Origin: an uncultured delta proteobacterium | GTDB lineage: Bacteria > Myxococcota_A > Polyangia > Fen-1088 | DNA length: 64,000 nucleotides | Direction: 5' to 3' | Assembly: GCA_963796685.1 (NCBI GenBank) | Contig: CAWCMR010000025.1 | Coordinates: forward strand, 160,001-224,000 | Part shown: one piece after another, positions 41,239 through 51,508 of the stretch | How positions within the stretch are numbered: the stretch's first letter is position 1 | How the letters are laid out: each line of letters starts with the position of its first letter | Position numbers and translations under genes: made by a program | Notes under the pieces: generated by a model | What the model was told of the DNA's origin: nothing | Seen by the model: only the letters and a program-made list of their open reading frames with translations | The model's database searches: none

Positions 41239-43194
41239 TCAGCGCGAAACCACAGTGGCCCATCCCGTCCCCGGCATCGCGAACTGCAGCTTCTTGTTCG
41301 CGATGGACACGGTCATCGTCTTCGCGGCTCCGGAGTTGTACGCAACCGCGACGATGCTGCCGTCGGGGTTCTTGAACGCCACCGCGTCCCCGCCGGTCGT
41401 CCCGACGACCGTTGCCCCCGGCGCGACGAATTGCGAGAAGTGACGGAAGACGTAGTAGGCCGGCGTGATGTTCAGCGTCTTCGTCGACGTGTCCACCGTC
41501 AGAAGGGCATCCTGCGGCCAGACCCGCTTCGAATCAATACCGATGCCCGCCGTGTCCAACACCATGTTCCACACGCTGTACGAGGTGACACCCTTCTTGA
41601 TCCAGTCTCGAACGAGACCCCAGCTCTCGACGGCGTACGCCTGGTCGTTTGGCGCAACGGTACTGTTGAACGGCGTGGCCCAGGGGTAGTTGCCGCACTT
41701 GTGCTCGGTCTGCCAGATGGGAACATTGTACTGTGTGGAGCTGCTGATGTTGCTATCCATGCCCCATTGGTAACCCAAGACCCGGATGAACCCCTTCGCG
41801 GTGGCGTCGCCCATGACGGTGCTGACGATCGATGTATCGCCCGTACCGCCATTGAAGGTGCCAAGCATGATCTTCGTGGAGAGACCGGCGCTGGCAATCC
41901 CGGGGCCGAGATACTTGCCAACGAGAGTGGTGTAGGTTGCTGGCGCCCACCCGCAAGTGGGGTAGGTCCCGCTGTAGCCCGGCTCGTTCTGGGGGGAGAT
42001 CACTTCGATGGAGATCCCTTGCTCGGCATACGCCTGCACGAACTTGATCAGGTACAGGGCGAACGCTTGCAGCGTGGCGTCGTCCTTCTTCATCGTTCCG
42101 CCGTCGAACGGGAAATCGTCATTGAACGGGCCGTCCTTCATCCACGTCGGCGGCGTCCACGGGCTGGACCAGAAGTGGATGTCGCTCTTTACCGCTTGCG
42201 CCGCCTTGACGTAGGGAATCAGCTTCTCCTCGTCCCGGCTGATCGAGAAGTTGGCGAGGGACGTATCGTTGGCCGTCTCGTCGAGCGTGTAGCGGTCCAT
42301 GGCGTAGTCGGTCGCCCCGATCGGGATTCGGCCGATGGCGAAGTGCGCGCCATCGACGCCGAAAAGAAGGTTCATCGCCTTGTCCCTGTCGGCCTGGCTG
42401 AGCATAGAAAGGAAGTTCCAGCCCATCTCGTTGAAGGAGCCGCCGAAACCCTCCCAGTTCTGTGCCTGAGACGCATCGTTGACGGTCACGTCGACGGTTC
42501 CGCTGGTCACCGTGGTAAGTTGACCGTCGGTTTTCCAGTAGGCGGAGGGGCCCGAGGTGACCAGCGTGGGGGAAGTCCCGGTAGCGCCTGCCGTCGCCGT
42601 CGTGCCCCCGCTCCCCGCCATACCCCCGGTTCCCGTTGTGCCCGCGGTCGACGTCGTACCCCCGCTCGCTGTCGAGCCGCCCGCGGCCGTCGTGCCTCCG
42701 CTCCCTGTCGTGCCCCCGCCCCCTGTCGTGCCACCCGCAGCCGTCGCGCCCCCGCTCCCCGTCGCCCCGGACGCTCCCCCCGTCCCTCCGGAGCCGCTCG
42801 CTCCGCCCGTGCCGTTCGCACCGCCGTTGTTCGTCGACCCGCCAGTGCCTGGCGTTGCGTTGCTGACGCAGGCGCTGTTCGCGCAGTGCTGCGTCACTCC
42901 ACACACATGTCCACACGCGCCGCAGTTGGTGTCGCTGGAGCTCGTGTCCACGCAGGCGGTCCCACACGGTGTTTGTGCGGTTGGGCAGCTCGTCCCCCCC
43001 ATGCCGCCTGTCCCGCCTGTCCCGCCTGTTCCACCTGTCCCGCCTGTCCCGCCTGTTCCAGCTTTGGTGCAAGCCGCAGCGAGGAGCACGAGACCGAGTC
43101 GGACAATCGCATCGGTCGAGAGGACGTGCGTCGAATGGGCGCGCCGGGCGCGCTGAGGGATTCTTGAGCTCGGGAGATTGAATCGCGTCTTCAT
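41239..43194 (-). CDS. GH30 glycoside hydrolase lipoprotein with Cys-rich motif
   Basis: Lipobox AAAC, CGTACVD...NCGACG, GFGGSF, RIPIGATD, SPWTPPTWMK, QNEP, WQTE, AFKNPDG. Confidence 0.88.
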   Translation of the reverse strand: MKTRFNLPSSRIPQRARRAHSTHVLSTDAIVRLGLVLLAAACTKAGTGGTGGTGGTGGTGGTGGMGGTSCPTAQTPCGTACVDTSSSDTNCGACGHVCGVTQHCANSACVSNATPGTGGSTNNGGANGTGGASGSGGTGGASGATGSGGATAAGGTTGGGGTTGSGGTTAAGGSTASGGTTSTAGTTGTGGMAGSGGTTATAGATGTSPTLVTSGPSAYWKTDGQLTTVTSGTVDVTVNDASQAQNWEGFGGSFNEMGWNFLSMLSQADRDKAMNLLFGVDGAHFAIGRIPIGATDYAMDRYTLDETANDTSLANFSISRDEEKLIPYVKAAQAVKSDIHFWSSPWTPPTWMKDGPFNDDFPFDGGTMKKDDATLQAFALYLIKFVQAYAEQGISIEVISPQNEPGYSGTYPTCGWAPATYTTLVGKYLGPGIASAGLSTKIMLGTFNGGTGDTSIVSTVMGDATAKGFIRVLGYQWGMDSNISSSTQYNVPIWQTEHKCGNYPWATPFNSTVAPNDQAYAVESWGLVRDWIKKGVTSYSVWNMVLDTAGIGIDSKRVWPQDALLTVDTSTKTLNITPAYYVFRHFSQFVAPGATVVGTTGGDAVAFKNPDGSIVAVAYNSGAAKTMTVSIANKKLQFAMPGTGWATVVSR

Positions 43195-43218
43195 GGGTGC
43201 AAGTCCTTGGAGTACGTC

Positions 43219-45786
43219 CTAACGACGATCCCTTTTTCTGCGAAGGCCGAGCGCGGCCGCGCCAAGCCCGATGATCAGCAGCGTTCCGGACGGCCCGCCG
43301 CTGCTGCCAATGCGGCAAGAGCAGCCTGAGGCCGCGCTGCCGGGGGTGGTGGTTCCGCCGGAACCACCGGAGTTACCGCCTGCGCCGCTGCCCGTGCTGC
43401 CGCCAAGGCCGCTGCCCGTGCTGCCGCCAAGGCCGCCGGTCGCGCTGCCTCCCGCGCCGCCATTCGAATTGCCGCCGGAGCCGCCGGTCGCGCGGGCGCT
43501 GCTCCCGCCCATGCCACCAACCGTGCTGCCGCCCGCGCCACCCTTCGCGCTGCCTGTGGTACCGCCGGTCGCGCTGCCACCCGTACCGCCGGGCGCGCCA
43601 CCGCCACCACTGGCACTGCCACCCGTGCCACCAGGTCCACTCCCGCCTGCGCCACCACCGCCACTACCACTGCCGCCTGTGCCGCCAGGTGCGCCACCGC
43701 CGCTCGTTCCACCGGCACCTGTCCCTCCACTCCCCGCCGGAGTGTCAGACGCTTGAAACTTCAGCCAATCGAGCTCGATCGCGCCGCCAAAGACAACGTA
43801 TAGCTTTGCCACCCCCGTCACCGGCGAGCTCAGCGCGCACGTCTGTGTCGCCCAGGCGTTGGAAGTGGAGCTCACCGTACACTTGCCCAAAAGAGTGCCG
43901 GTCTGAGTATCCGCATGCAGCTCGAGGCTGGTGTCAGCCGCCGTCTTGACGCGCAGCTGAACGGCATTGACGCCGCTGTCGGTGTAGTCGACGTTCTCGA
44001 AGTACACGTAGCTGCCGCTACTGACCGATATCGACTGTCCCAGGGTATCGTCGCCGCTGTCTTTCTTGGTCGCCCCCGACTGACCGTCGTAGTCCTCACC
44101 TTCGATCTCTACAAGGGAGTTGCGGCCGGTCAGCGGGCGTTTCGTTCCGAGGATGATGAGCGTCCCGGCCTGCCGGTCCAGGTCGAAGGTCGCGCTGAAC
44201 GAGGTGGTGACGGCCTGCTGGGCGACAGGCTGCGCCAGTGCCAAGTGCTGCGCATGGCGCAGCTCTTGCCATTGCGCCTCGCTCAGGCTCGTGGGTGAGC
44301 CCTGGCCGGTCCAAACGCTGTAGGGGTTGCTGTGGGTTTCGTCCACGAGGAACTGGGTAACGTAGATTTGCTTCCCCGACAGGGCGGAGGGCAGATTGCT
44401 CACGTTGAGGGTCACACTCTCCGCGGGCGTGCTGGCGGTGTTGAGGGTCTTGTAGAAGTTGTAGACCACGATCTGAATCTCGTCGCCGGCGTCGGACATG
44501 GCAGCCATGGCGTCGACTCCGTCATTGTTGCCCGTGCCGCCAGCGGGCTGCAGCCGTTTGGGTCCAAGGTAGTTCAGCATCTTGAAAGCATTGAAGGCCG
44601 CCTTGCGCACGCCCTGCACGGTCATGAGGCCGAACACCTGCCCGAAGGGTACGTTCTTGCCGATCATGTACGAACCGCTGGTGCCGCTGGACTCGTCGAA
44701 GACGTCGGACAACACCCAATACGAGAACACGTCGAGCGGCGGCGTGTCGCCCGAGTCCTTGTCGGAGAGCAGCTTGACGCTCTTGAGAATGAACCCGACG
44801 TTCCAGTGGTTATCCATGCTCTTGACGACGTCTGCCGTATTCCCTCCCTGGCCGGAATACGACGAATTCCACTCGGTGTTGAACGATTTCACGTCCGTCG
44901 TCGTGTAGCCTCCGCCGGTGATGCCGCTGACCCGCGTGTTGTTGTCATTGACGAGCCCGACGGCATCGGCGCTGGTGGAGCTTGCCTTGGTCCCGTCGCC
45001 GCCTGGATAGTTGTGGGATGATGCAAAGGTTACGCGCGTGCCCGCGCTCTTGCAGTGCTGCATGAATGCCTTGACTGGGCTGGGTCCAGTCGTCACCGGC
45101 CCTCCTACGAGCACGTTGGGTATCACGGAGGTGAGGGCGGCGACCGTGTTGTCGTAAAGGGTGTAGTACGCATTCATGTCCGTGTTCACCCAGAACCCGG
45201 AATAGTCCGGCTCGTTCCACACCTCCCAGTACCAGGTCGCGACCTCGCTCGCGCCGTACTTGTCCACGCAGTGCTGGGCCACGGCCGTGATGAAATTCTT
45301 CCACGCGGTGTAGTCCTTGGGCGGGCTGCGGGTGGCATTGCTGGAGCTGCTCCCTAGAGTGCTGGGCATGAAGTCCAGCTCCATGAAGGGGTGCATTCCT
45401 GCTGACGTGATGGCCGTCAGGTACGTGTCGAATTTCGTGAAGTCGTAGCTGCCCGCCGCCTTGTAGATGCCCATGTCGTCGTTGAGGACGCCATGGCCGC
45501 GCACGCTCTGAAAGCCGGCCTCGCGGTTTCCAATCTTGAAGTGCGTCTGCAGATCCCCCCGCAGAATCAGACTGGCGGTGCCCGTACCGACAGCGGCGGT
45601 CCAAAAACGGGGATTTCCCGTCGTCTTCGAGGCGTCCACGGTGATGGTGGCTGCGCTCGCTACCCCGGCGTGGGCAAGAAGCAATAGCCCCAGTGCGGCA
45701 GCCACCGGAGCGTGCGCTGGAGGGATCGTCCGCGTGTCGCGGGACACTCTCGGTCTCGATGCGGTAAGGCGAAACACCGTGGTCAT
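43219..45786 (-). CDS. GH39 + CBM6-like + Gly linker + MYXO-CTERM
   Basis: RBS GAGGAG, VRGHG, ELDFMP, WEVWNEPD, NTEWN, SYWVLSDVFDE; IEGEDY...ELDWLKF (CBM6-like); tail SGCSC, TM segment, RRKR. Confidence 0.85.
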   Translation of the reverse strand: MTTVFRLTASRPRVSRDTRTIPPAHAPVAAALGLLLLAHAGVASAATITVDASKTTGNPRFWTAAVGTGTASLILRGDLQTHFKIGNREAGFQSVRGHGVLNDDMGIYKAAGSYDFTKFDTYLTAITSAGMHPFMELDFMPSTLGSSSSNATRSPPKDYTAWKNFITAVAQHCVDKYGASEVATWYWEVWNEPDYSGFWVNTDMNAYYTLYDNTVAALTSVIPNVLVGGPVTTGPSPVKAFMQHCKSAGTRVTFASSHNYPGGDGTKASSTSADAVGLVNDNNTRVSGITGGGYTTTDVKSFNTEWNSSYSGQGGNTADVVKSMDNHWNVGFILKSVKLLSDKDSGDTPPLDVFSYWVLSDVFDESSGTSGSYMIGKNVPFGQVFGLMTVQGVRKAAFNAFKMLNYLGPKRLQPAGGTGNNDGVDAMAAMSDAGDEIQIVVYNFYKTLNTASTPAESVTLNVSNLPSALSGKQIYVTQFLVDETHSNPYSVWTGQGSPTSLSEAQWQELRHAQHLALAQPVAQQAVTTSFSATFDLDRQAGTLIILGTKRPLTGRNSLVEIEGEDYDGQSGATKKDSGDDTLGQSISVSSGSYVYFENVDYTDSGVNAVQLRVKTAADTSLELHADTQTGTLLGKCTVSSTSNAWATQTCALSSPVTGVAKLYVVFGGAIELDWLKFQASDTPAGSGGTGAGGTSGGGAPGGTGGSGSGGGGAGGSGPGGTGGSASGGGGAPGGTGGSATGGTTGSAKGGAGGSTVGGMGGSSARATGGSGGNSNGGAGGSATGGLGGSTGSGLGGSTGSGAGGNSGGSGGTTTPGSAASGCSCRIGSSGGPSGTLLIIGLGAAALGLRRKRDRR

Positions 45787-45916
45787 GTATGTCTCCTCGT
45801 TTGTGCTGCCAGGGGCCGACCCCATGCAATCGGGTCTGCCGATTCTATCGAATGGGGTGACGCCGCGTCCATGAGGCGAGGGTACAATCCGTCCAGGGTA
45901 GAATCCATTGTGCTTG

Positions 45917-45944
45917 GCAGTGGCGGGACCACCTGAATTCCGTC
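45917..45944 (-). promoter_or_regulatory. Bipartite motif copy 5
   Basis: Minus strand GACGGAATT-caggtggtcccg-CCACTGC upstream of the GH39-GH30 operon. Confidence 0.6.
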
Positions 45945-46112
45945 TGGCTTCTTGCTCCCTCCACCGTCGCAAACCTGAAGCGGCCCGGCATCTGGGTGCA
46001 GGTGCCACCCCAGCTCCCGTAGGAGCGCGCCGGCATTGACCAAAGGGGACCCGTGGCTTCCTGTCTGGAAACTAGTGCAGAGGGTGCCGTGCTCCAGTAA
46101 GGTAACCGGCAT

Positions 46113-48179
46113 TTGCCACCGGCAAGCTTCCGGAACGTGCTCGGCTTCCTCGCGTTTCGACCGAAGATGGACACCACCTATAACGCGTCTGACCTGGCCG
46201 CCGTGTCCCTCACGGCAGCGGTCGTCGCCGTCTGGGCGGAGGCTGCGGGAGGCTCGTTTTCGTTTCTCGCGCTCGTCGCCTGCGAGGCGGCTTTTCTCGC
46301 GTTCTACCTGGTGGGCTCCCTCTTCGCCGGCTGGCGAGCTTTGGCAGCGGGCGTCCTCTTCGATCTTCCGCTGCGCTTGCTCATGGGCTACGCCGCCGTC
46401 AATACTGCGCTGCTCGTGCTGGCCTGGCTCTCTCCGCTCGGCATCATCGCCAACTTCGGCATCTTGCTCGCGGTCGCGGTCTCCCTGTTCGTCGCCGCAA
46501 GACCGGTCAGGCGGCCGAACCAAGACCATCCAGTCGGGCTGTTGGTCCTCGCCTTGTCCTTGGCCGCTGCCACGCTGTGGTGCCAAGACTCGCTCCGCCC
46601 CACATCGGTGGCAGGCGACGTGGTCGTGTTCAAGCCATGGATCGACGGCTTCTATCACGCGGTTCACATTCGAATCTTCGGCGCCAGCCACGGGGCGTCC
46701 TCCATCGAGGACTTCCGGTTGGCGGGCATGCCTGCCCGCATCTACCACTATGGGGCCTATCTGACGCCGGCCCTTATCAAGCAGGCGTCGGGAATCCATT
46801 CGTACGCCGCCTTCGCCGGGATTTTGGCCCCCATGGGGGTCTTCTTCACCGGGCTCGCGGCCTACGCCCTCGTCGGCTCCTTCTGGGGCCCCTGGCCGGG
46901 GCTTGCCGCATGCGCGGCGCTGCTGCTCTTGCCCGATGGCGCCCAGCAGGGGATGCGGAACACGTTCATGTCGTATCACTGGCTCACCCAGATCTCGCCC
47001 AGCGCAAGCTACGGCCTCGGCCTGCTGGCTGTCGCCTGGCTCTTCGTCCTGCGCGGGTGCACGCAGGGCAATCGCTTGCAGCTCCTCGCGGGCTGGCTGC
47101 TGGCAGGAATTCTCGCCTTCTACAAGCTGCACTTCTTCATCGCGAGCGCGCTCCTGCTCTGGCTCGTGCCTCCGCTGTTCTTCCGTTCCGACCTTCGCCC
47201 GCTCGGGCTTGCCAAGCGGGCCCTGTGGGCACTCTCTGCCGTCGCGGTCTATGTCGTGACCCTCGTCGCCGTACAGAGGGTGCCCGGCGTTCCCATCATC
47301 CGTTTCGACGGATCGAGCGTGGGCGAGATCCTCAAGCTGGTCAAGACTTTCACGCAGCCGGGGCCCTTGCGCAACTTCCTTGCCGATCGCATCGGGAGGG
47401 AAAGCCCCTTGCTTTCGAACCTCCTCTTCGGGGTTCCCTTCATTCTGCTGGCAGCTCTCGGGCTCTTCGCGCCGTTGCTGGTGGTTCTGTCCATCCGCAT
47501 GCGTAAGCGCACTCCTCTCGTGCTCGTGCTCTTCCCGCTCCTGCTCGTGGCCAATTTCCTGGCGATGTTCTTCGGGCTGGCGCTCGACTTCAGGAGCAGC
47601 ACGCCCGACGAGCTGTCGCACCGCCCGGTCATGGTGATGTACTTTGTTGTCGTGGCGTGGGTCGGCGGGGCGGCTGGCCTGTCGTTGCTCGAGTCGCGGC
47701 GCCTTGGGCGTTTTGCCCGACCGGCGATGCTCGGCTTGGCCATCCTGCTCATGGCCGTCCCGGCGTTCCTCGGATCGGGTGTCCAAAGGATGTGGGCCAT
47801 GCGCATGTTCTGTCCCGTCCGAGTCCCCATCGGCCTCTATCGGGCAGCCGAATACATGCGCGACCACGGTGATGCGCAAGACATCTTCCAGGATGCTCAG
47901 TTCGATCGGACCAGCACCTTGGCCGCCCTATCGGAGCGAAGGGCGTACGCCGCACACACGATGACGATCATGCCCTACCACCGAGAACGCGTGGAAGAGC
48001 GAGAGGAGGCCATCGAGAAGCTCATGCAACTTCGCGACCCCGTTGCGGTTGCCGCCACCGCTCACCGGCTCGGTCTTCGTTGGTTTCTGCTCGAACCTAG
48101 CGACAAGGTCGAATGGTCAGAAGAGATTGCCAGGTGGATGGTATTCGAGCTGCGTGGATACAGGCTCTATCGATTCTGA
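46113..48179 (+). CDS. Large multi-TM membrane protein, possible GT-C fold
   Basis: About 16 hydrophobic segments; loop DGFYH...AG...YHY; soluble C-terminus. Start may be ATG 46167. Confidence 0.55.
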   Translation: MPPASFRNVLGFLAFRPKMDTTYNASDLAAVSLTAAVVAVWAEAAGGSFSFLALVACEAAFLAFYLVGSLFAGWRALAAGVLFDLPLRLLMGYAAVNTALLVLAWLSPLGIIANFGILLAVAVSLFVAARPVRRPNQDHPVGLLVLALSLAAATLWCQDSLRPTSVAGDVVVFKPWIDGFYHAVHIRIFGASHGASSIEDFRLAGMPARIYHYGAYLTPALIKQASGIHSYAAFAGILAPMGVFFTGLAAYALVGSFWGPWPGLAACAALLLLPDGAQQGMRNTFMSYHWLTQISPSASYGLGLLAVAWLFVLRGCTQGNRLQLLAGWLLAGILAFYKLHFFIASALLLWLVPPLFFRSDLRPLGLAKRALWALSAVAVYVVTLVAVQRVPGVPIIRFDGSSVGEILKLVKTFTQPGPLRNFLADRIGRESPLLSNLLFGVPFILLAALGLFAPLLVVLSIRMRKRTPLVLVLFPLLLVANFLAMFFGLALDFRSSTPDELSHRPVMVMYFVVVAWVGGAAGLSLLESRRLGRFARPAMLGLAILLMAVPAFLGSGVQRMWAMRMFCPVRVPIGLYRAAEYMRDHGDAQDIFQDAQFDRTSTLAALSERRAYAAHTMTIMPYHRERVEEREEAIEKLMQLRDPVAVAATAHRLGLRWFLLEPSDKVEWSEEIARWMVFELRGYRLYRF

Positions 48180-48410
48180 GGCGTCGTTACGCGGGGCCGA
48201 GCGTATGTTCCGGCAAAGGCGAGAGCAAACGCCACCCTGGCGAGCCACCTGACACCACGACGCTCCCCTTGTGCTGGTATGGCCCTTGGTTCTCGCCCAA
48301 TGAGGCTTCTAGCTGTGGCGCTTCGGTGATCGCCTTTTGCATGGCCCGACCTGGGATGTCAACCAGGAATTCCTTGCAAACCTTTGTCCATGCAGCCAAC
48401 ATATGCTGCC

Positions 48411-49274
48411 ATGAGCCAGTCTACTGGATATCCGGGCAGTCGGTGCCTCATAACGTGCAGCACCTTGATACCTCTCACTCTCTTGACGCTTACAGCCACG
48501 CCCGCACTTGGCGACGGCAAGCACGCCCAGGAGCGCGCCGCCCGAAAGGCATGTCTTGGCGGCGACTACATCAAAGGCGTCAACATTCTGGCGGATCTCT
48601 TCGTCGATACGAAGGACCCTACTTACATCTTCAACCAAGGTCGTTGCTTCGAACAAAATCATCGGTACGAGGACGCCGTCTCCCGGTTCGAGGAGTACTT
48701 GCGCATGCCCGAAGGGGAGCTGGATGCAACGGGACGATCCGCGGCTAAGAAGCACATCGCTGATTGCAAGAATCGGATTCTCCCCGACCAACCGAGCAGG
48801 TCCGAAGCGTCAGCGCCCCGGCCGTTTGTTCCGCCTCCTCCTATTCCCGCCGCGCCTCCAGAGACCACAAGTACATTGACTCCGTCGCCGTCTGCGATGA
48901 CACCAACGTCGTCCACATCGATCACCTCTCAACCCGAGCCCACCGTCAGCGGGTCGGGTCTGCGAGTCGCTGGCATCGTCACAGCATCCGTTGGCGTCGC
49001 TGCCGTGGTCACTGGGATTCTCCTCAACGTCAAGGTCAATGGCATGGTCGACAGCATGGACACAACCATCGGCAACTACGAAGCCAAGAATTCAGACCGC
49101 AAGACCTACGAAACCATAGCATGGATAGGCTACGGTGCGGGCGCAGCATGTCTAGTCACGGGCGCCATTTTGTACCGTTTCGGACTTAGCCGCGCACGCG
49201 CGGCCACCAGCCTTGCCCTCTTGCCCGCGGTTGGCCCTGACCGGGCGGGCGCTCTGTTGAGTGGAGAGTTCTGA
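48411..49274 (+). CDS. Secreted TPR-like protein with C-terminal hydrophobic hairpin (module 2 partner)
   Basis: Close paralogue of 19701..20513: ERAARKACL, YIFNQGRCFEQN.RYEDAV.RF.EYL, LRVAGIV, ends ALLSGEF. Start uncertain (48384-48411). Confidence 0.75.
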   Translation: MSQSTGYPGSRCLITCSTLIPLTLLTLTATPALGDGKHAQERAARKACLGGDYIKGVNILADLFVDTKDPTYIFNQGRCFEQNHRYEDAVSRFEEYLRMPEGELDATGRSAAKKHIADCKNRILPDQPSRSEASAPRPFVPPPPIPAAPPETTSTLTPSPSAMTPTSSTSITSQPEPTVSGSGLRVAGIVTASVGVAAVVTGILLNVKVNGMVDSMDTTIGNYEAKNSDRKTYETIAWIGYGAGAACLVTGAILYRFGLSRARAATSLALLPAVGPDRAGALLSGEF

Positions 49275-51508
49275 TGAATGCGACTACGACCTCGGTTGGG
49301 CAAATGCGTAGTCAATGTGCGACTGTCTGGGTGCCACTACTGCTCTGCCTGAGTGCACCCGCCTGCTTCCGATCCCCGGATACCTCGAAGATCCCATGTG
49401 TCGAAGCAGCCAACTGTCCAAACGGCTACCACTGTGCGAAACCCCAGGGAACGAACCAGGGAACTTGTGCCCCGGGGCCGGCATCCGCCGATGGGAGCAT
49501 CACCGACCTATCCACGTTGGCTGGGCTCGGCGGCAAAGGTGGGGGCTTGGCTGATGCCGCGCTCGGCATAGACACAAGCGACGCAAGGACTGCCAACGCT
49601 GACAGCATGTTGTTCGACGTAAGCCCAGGTGGGACAGGGGGCGTAGGCGGATCGGCCGGTTCCGCGGCATCGGGCGGTTCAACATCATCTGGAGGCACGA
49701 CCTCTGCCCCGGATGCTCCGAGCGGGGCCGGAGGCACGACCTCGCCCCCGGATGCCCCCATAACAAATGACGTATCCGACGCCCCGACGACTCTGCCAAA
49801 CGGTTCAGCCTGCATGGTTCATGACCAGTGCAGCAGTGGTTTTTGTGTCGATGGTCATTGCTGCAATAGCAATTGCGACGGGAATTGCGCGTCCTGCGCA
49901 ACCGGAACCTGCAGCTTCACCTCGACACCCCGAACGCCTTGCGCTGGCTCCGGCAAGTGCGCCGGCATTTGCGACAAGTCGAACACGAAAGCTTGCACCT
50001 TCGACAACACAACGGTCTGTGCTGCTCAGAGCTGCTCGAGTGGTGTGCGCACGAACAAGTCGATATGCGATGGCCAGGGCAACTGTCCAGCTCCGACCAC
50101 GACCACCTGCAACGGCAACCAGTGCGCGGCCGACGGCAATGACTGCGCCACCTGCACCGACGAGCCCACGGCAACGACCTGCGCCGGCGGCCACTGCGGC
50201 CCGACCGCCAACAATTGCGGCCATACGGTACAGTGCTCGACGACGTGCACGGGCAATTACCAAACATGTGGAGGCGGTGGCGTGACTGGCATGTGCGGCT
50301 GCACCTCCGTCAGCACAAGCCAGACGTGCGGAACATCCAACTGCGGCACGCCAACCGACAATTGCGGGAAACAGGTCAGTTGCGGAACCTGCTCCGGTTC
50401 GAACACATGCGGTGGTGGCGGAACGGCCAATGTTTGCGGGTGCACGACCAACAGCAATGGATGCGTCGGACGCGCCTGTGGAAGCGCGTCTGATGGATGC
50501 ACCGGCACGATTACGTGTGGCTCCTACAGTGGCGGCTGTCAGACTGGGTACCAATGCAATACCACCACAGGCCAATGCTCGTGTGTGCCGAATAACAATG
50601 CGTGCGTCGGTCGCGCCTGCGGCACCGCATCCGACGGATGCACCGGTACGATTGCGTGTGGCTCCTACAATGGTGGTTGTCAGACTGGGTACCAGTGCAA
50701 CACCACCACAGGCCAATGCTCGTGCGTGCCGAATAACAATGCGTGCACCGGTCGCCAATGTGGTACCGCATCCGACGGATGCACCGGTACGATTGCGTGT
50801 GGCTCCTACAATGGTGGTTGTCAGACTGGGTACCAGTGCAACACCACCACAGGCCAATGCTCATGTGTGCCGAATCCCTCTCCGTGTGGCACTCGTGTCT
50901 GCGGCTCGGTGTCCAACGGGTGCGGCGGCACCACTTCATGCGGCACCTGTGCGACGGGGCAATCCTGCGACGGAAATGGAAAGTGTCAATGCAATTCGGG
51001 TGCTACGTCCGTCTGCGGCGGTTGCCTTAGCTGGGGCTTCGAATCGGGCACTCAAGGTTGGGGGATTGACACCAGCATGTACGGCGTCAATCCTGGCGCA
51101 ATTATCTTGGGCAGAGTGAGCCAGAGCGCGAGTCAACACCACTCTGGTAGTTACTCCCTGTCATTTTACACTCAGTTCGATGGCCAAGTCACTATCGATG
51201 CCACAGTGGCAGTGAATGTATGCGCCGCGGCCACGAACGTGTATGGACTCCAGGTTTCTGGATACGTCATGGCCGTACCTGACACAGGCTACTCCACGCT
51301 TCCCAACAACATACTGTCGGTATACTCTGACGCCATGGCACCTGTGATTCAGCTCGGCATTCACAGTGTCAACACCTGGATCCCGTTCGTGGGGACTTTT
51401 ACTCTGTCCCCGGGATCTTTGACTTTCTTGGGTTTGGACTTCAAGGTAACCGGTGCCGCATGGAACGGAACGCTCTATGTTGATGACGTAACGATTGCTG
51501 CTCCGTAA
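49274..51508 (+). CDS. Cys-rich repeat lipoprotein with C-terminal CBM-like domain
   Basis: TGATG overlap with the upstream gene, lipobox APAC, Cys repeats, C-terminus WGFESG..GW...LYVDDV. Confidence 0.8.
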   Translation: MNATTTSVGQMRSQCATVWVPLLLCLSAPACFRSPDTSKIPCVEAANCPNGYHCAKPQGTNQGTCAPGPASADGSITDLSTLAGLGGKGGGLADAALGIDTSDARTANADSMLFDVSPGGTGGVGGSAGSAASGGSTSSGGTTSAPDAPSGAGGTTSPPDAPITNDVSDAPTTLPNGSACMVHDQCSSGFCVDGHCCNSNCDGNCASCATGTCSFTSTPRTPCAGSGKCAGICDKSNTKACTFDNTTVCAAQSCSSGVRTNKSICDGQGNCPAPTTTTCNGNQCAADGNDCATCTDEPTATTCAGGHCGPTANNCGHTVQCSTTCTGNYQTCGGGGVTGMCGCTSVSTSQTCGTSNCGTPTDNCGKQVSCGTCSGSNTCGGGGTANVCGCTTNSNGCVGRACGSASDGCTGTITCGSYSGGCQTGYQCNTTTGQCSCVPNNNACVGRACGTASDGCTGTIACGSYNGGCQTGYQCNTTTGQCSCVPNNNACTGRQCGTASDGCTGTIACGSYNGGCQTGYQCNTTTGQCSCVPNPSPCGTRVCGSVSNGCGGTTSCGTCATGQSCDGNGKCQCNSGATSVCGGCLSWGFESGTQGWGIDTSMYGVNPGAIILGRVSQSASQHHSGSYSLSFYTQFDGQVTIDATVAVNVCAAATNVYGLQVSGYVMAVPDTGYSTLPNNILSVYSDAMAPVIQLGIHSVNTWIPFVGTFTLSPGSLTFLGLDFKVTGAAWNGTLYVDDVTIAAP
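50441..50875 (+). repeat. 141-bp tandem repeat x3 plus partial (47-aa Cys-rich unit)
   Basis: Units start at 50441, 50582, 50723 and 50864; unit CVPNNNACVGRACGTASDGCTGTIACGSYNGGCQTGYQCNTTTGQCS. Confidence 0.9.

Noticed and set aside
48368-48395. GGAATTC upstream of module 2, and GGAAATC near 15125, as further promoter-motif copies
   Set aside because: No CCACTRC box at the 12-nt spacing.
50441-50875. CRISPR array or DGR template/variable repeat
   Set aside because: The repeats are contiguous, in-frame and coding, with no spacers. No cas or reverse transcriptase gene is present.
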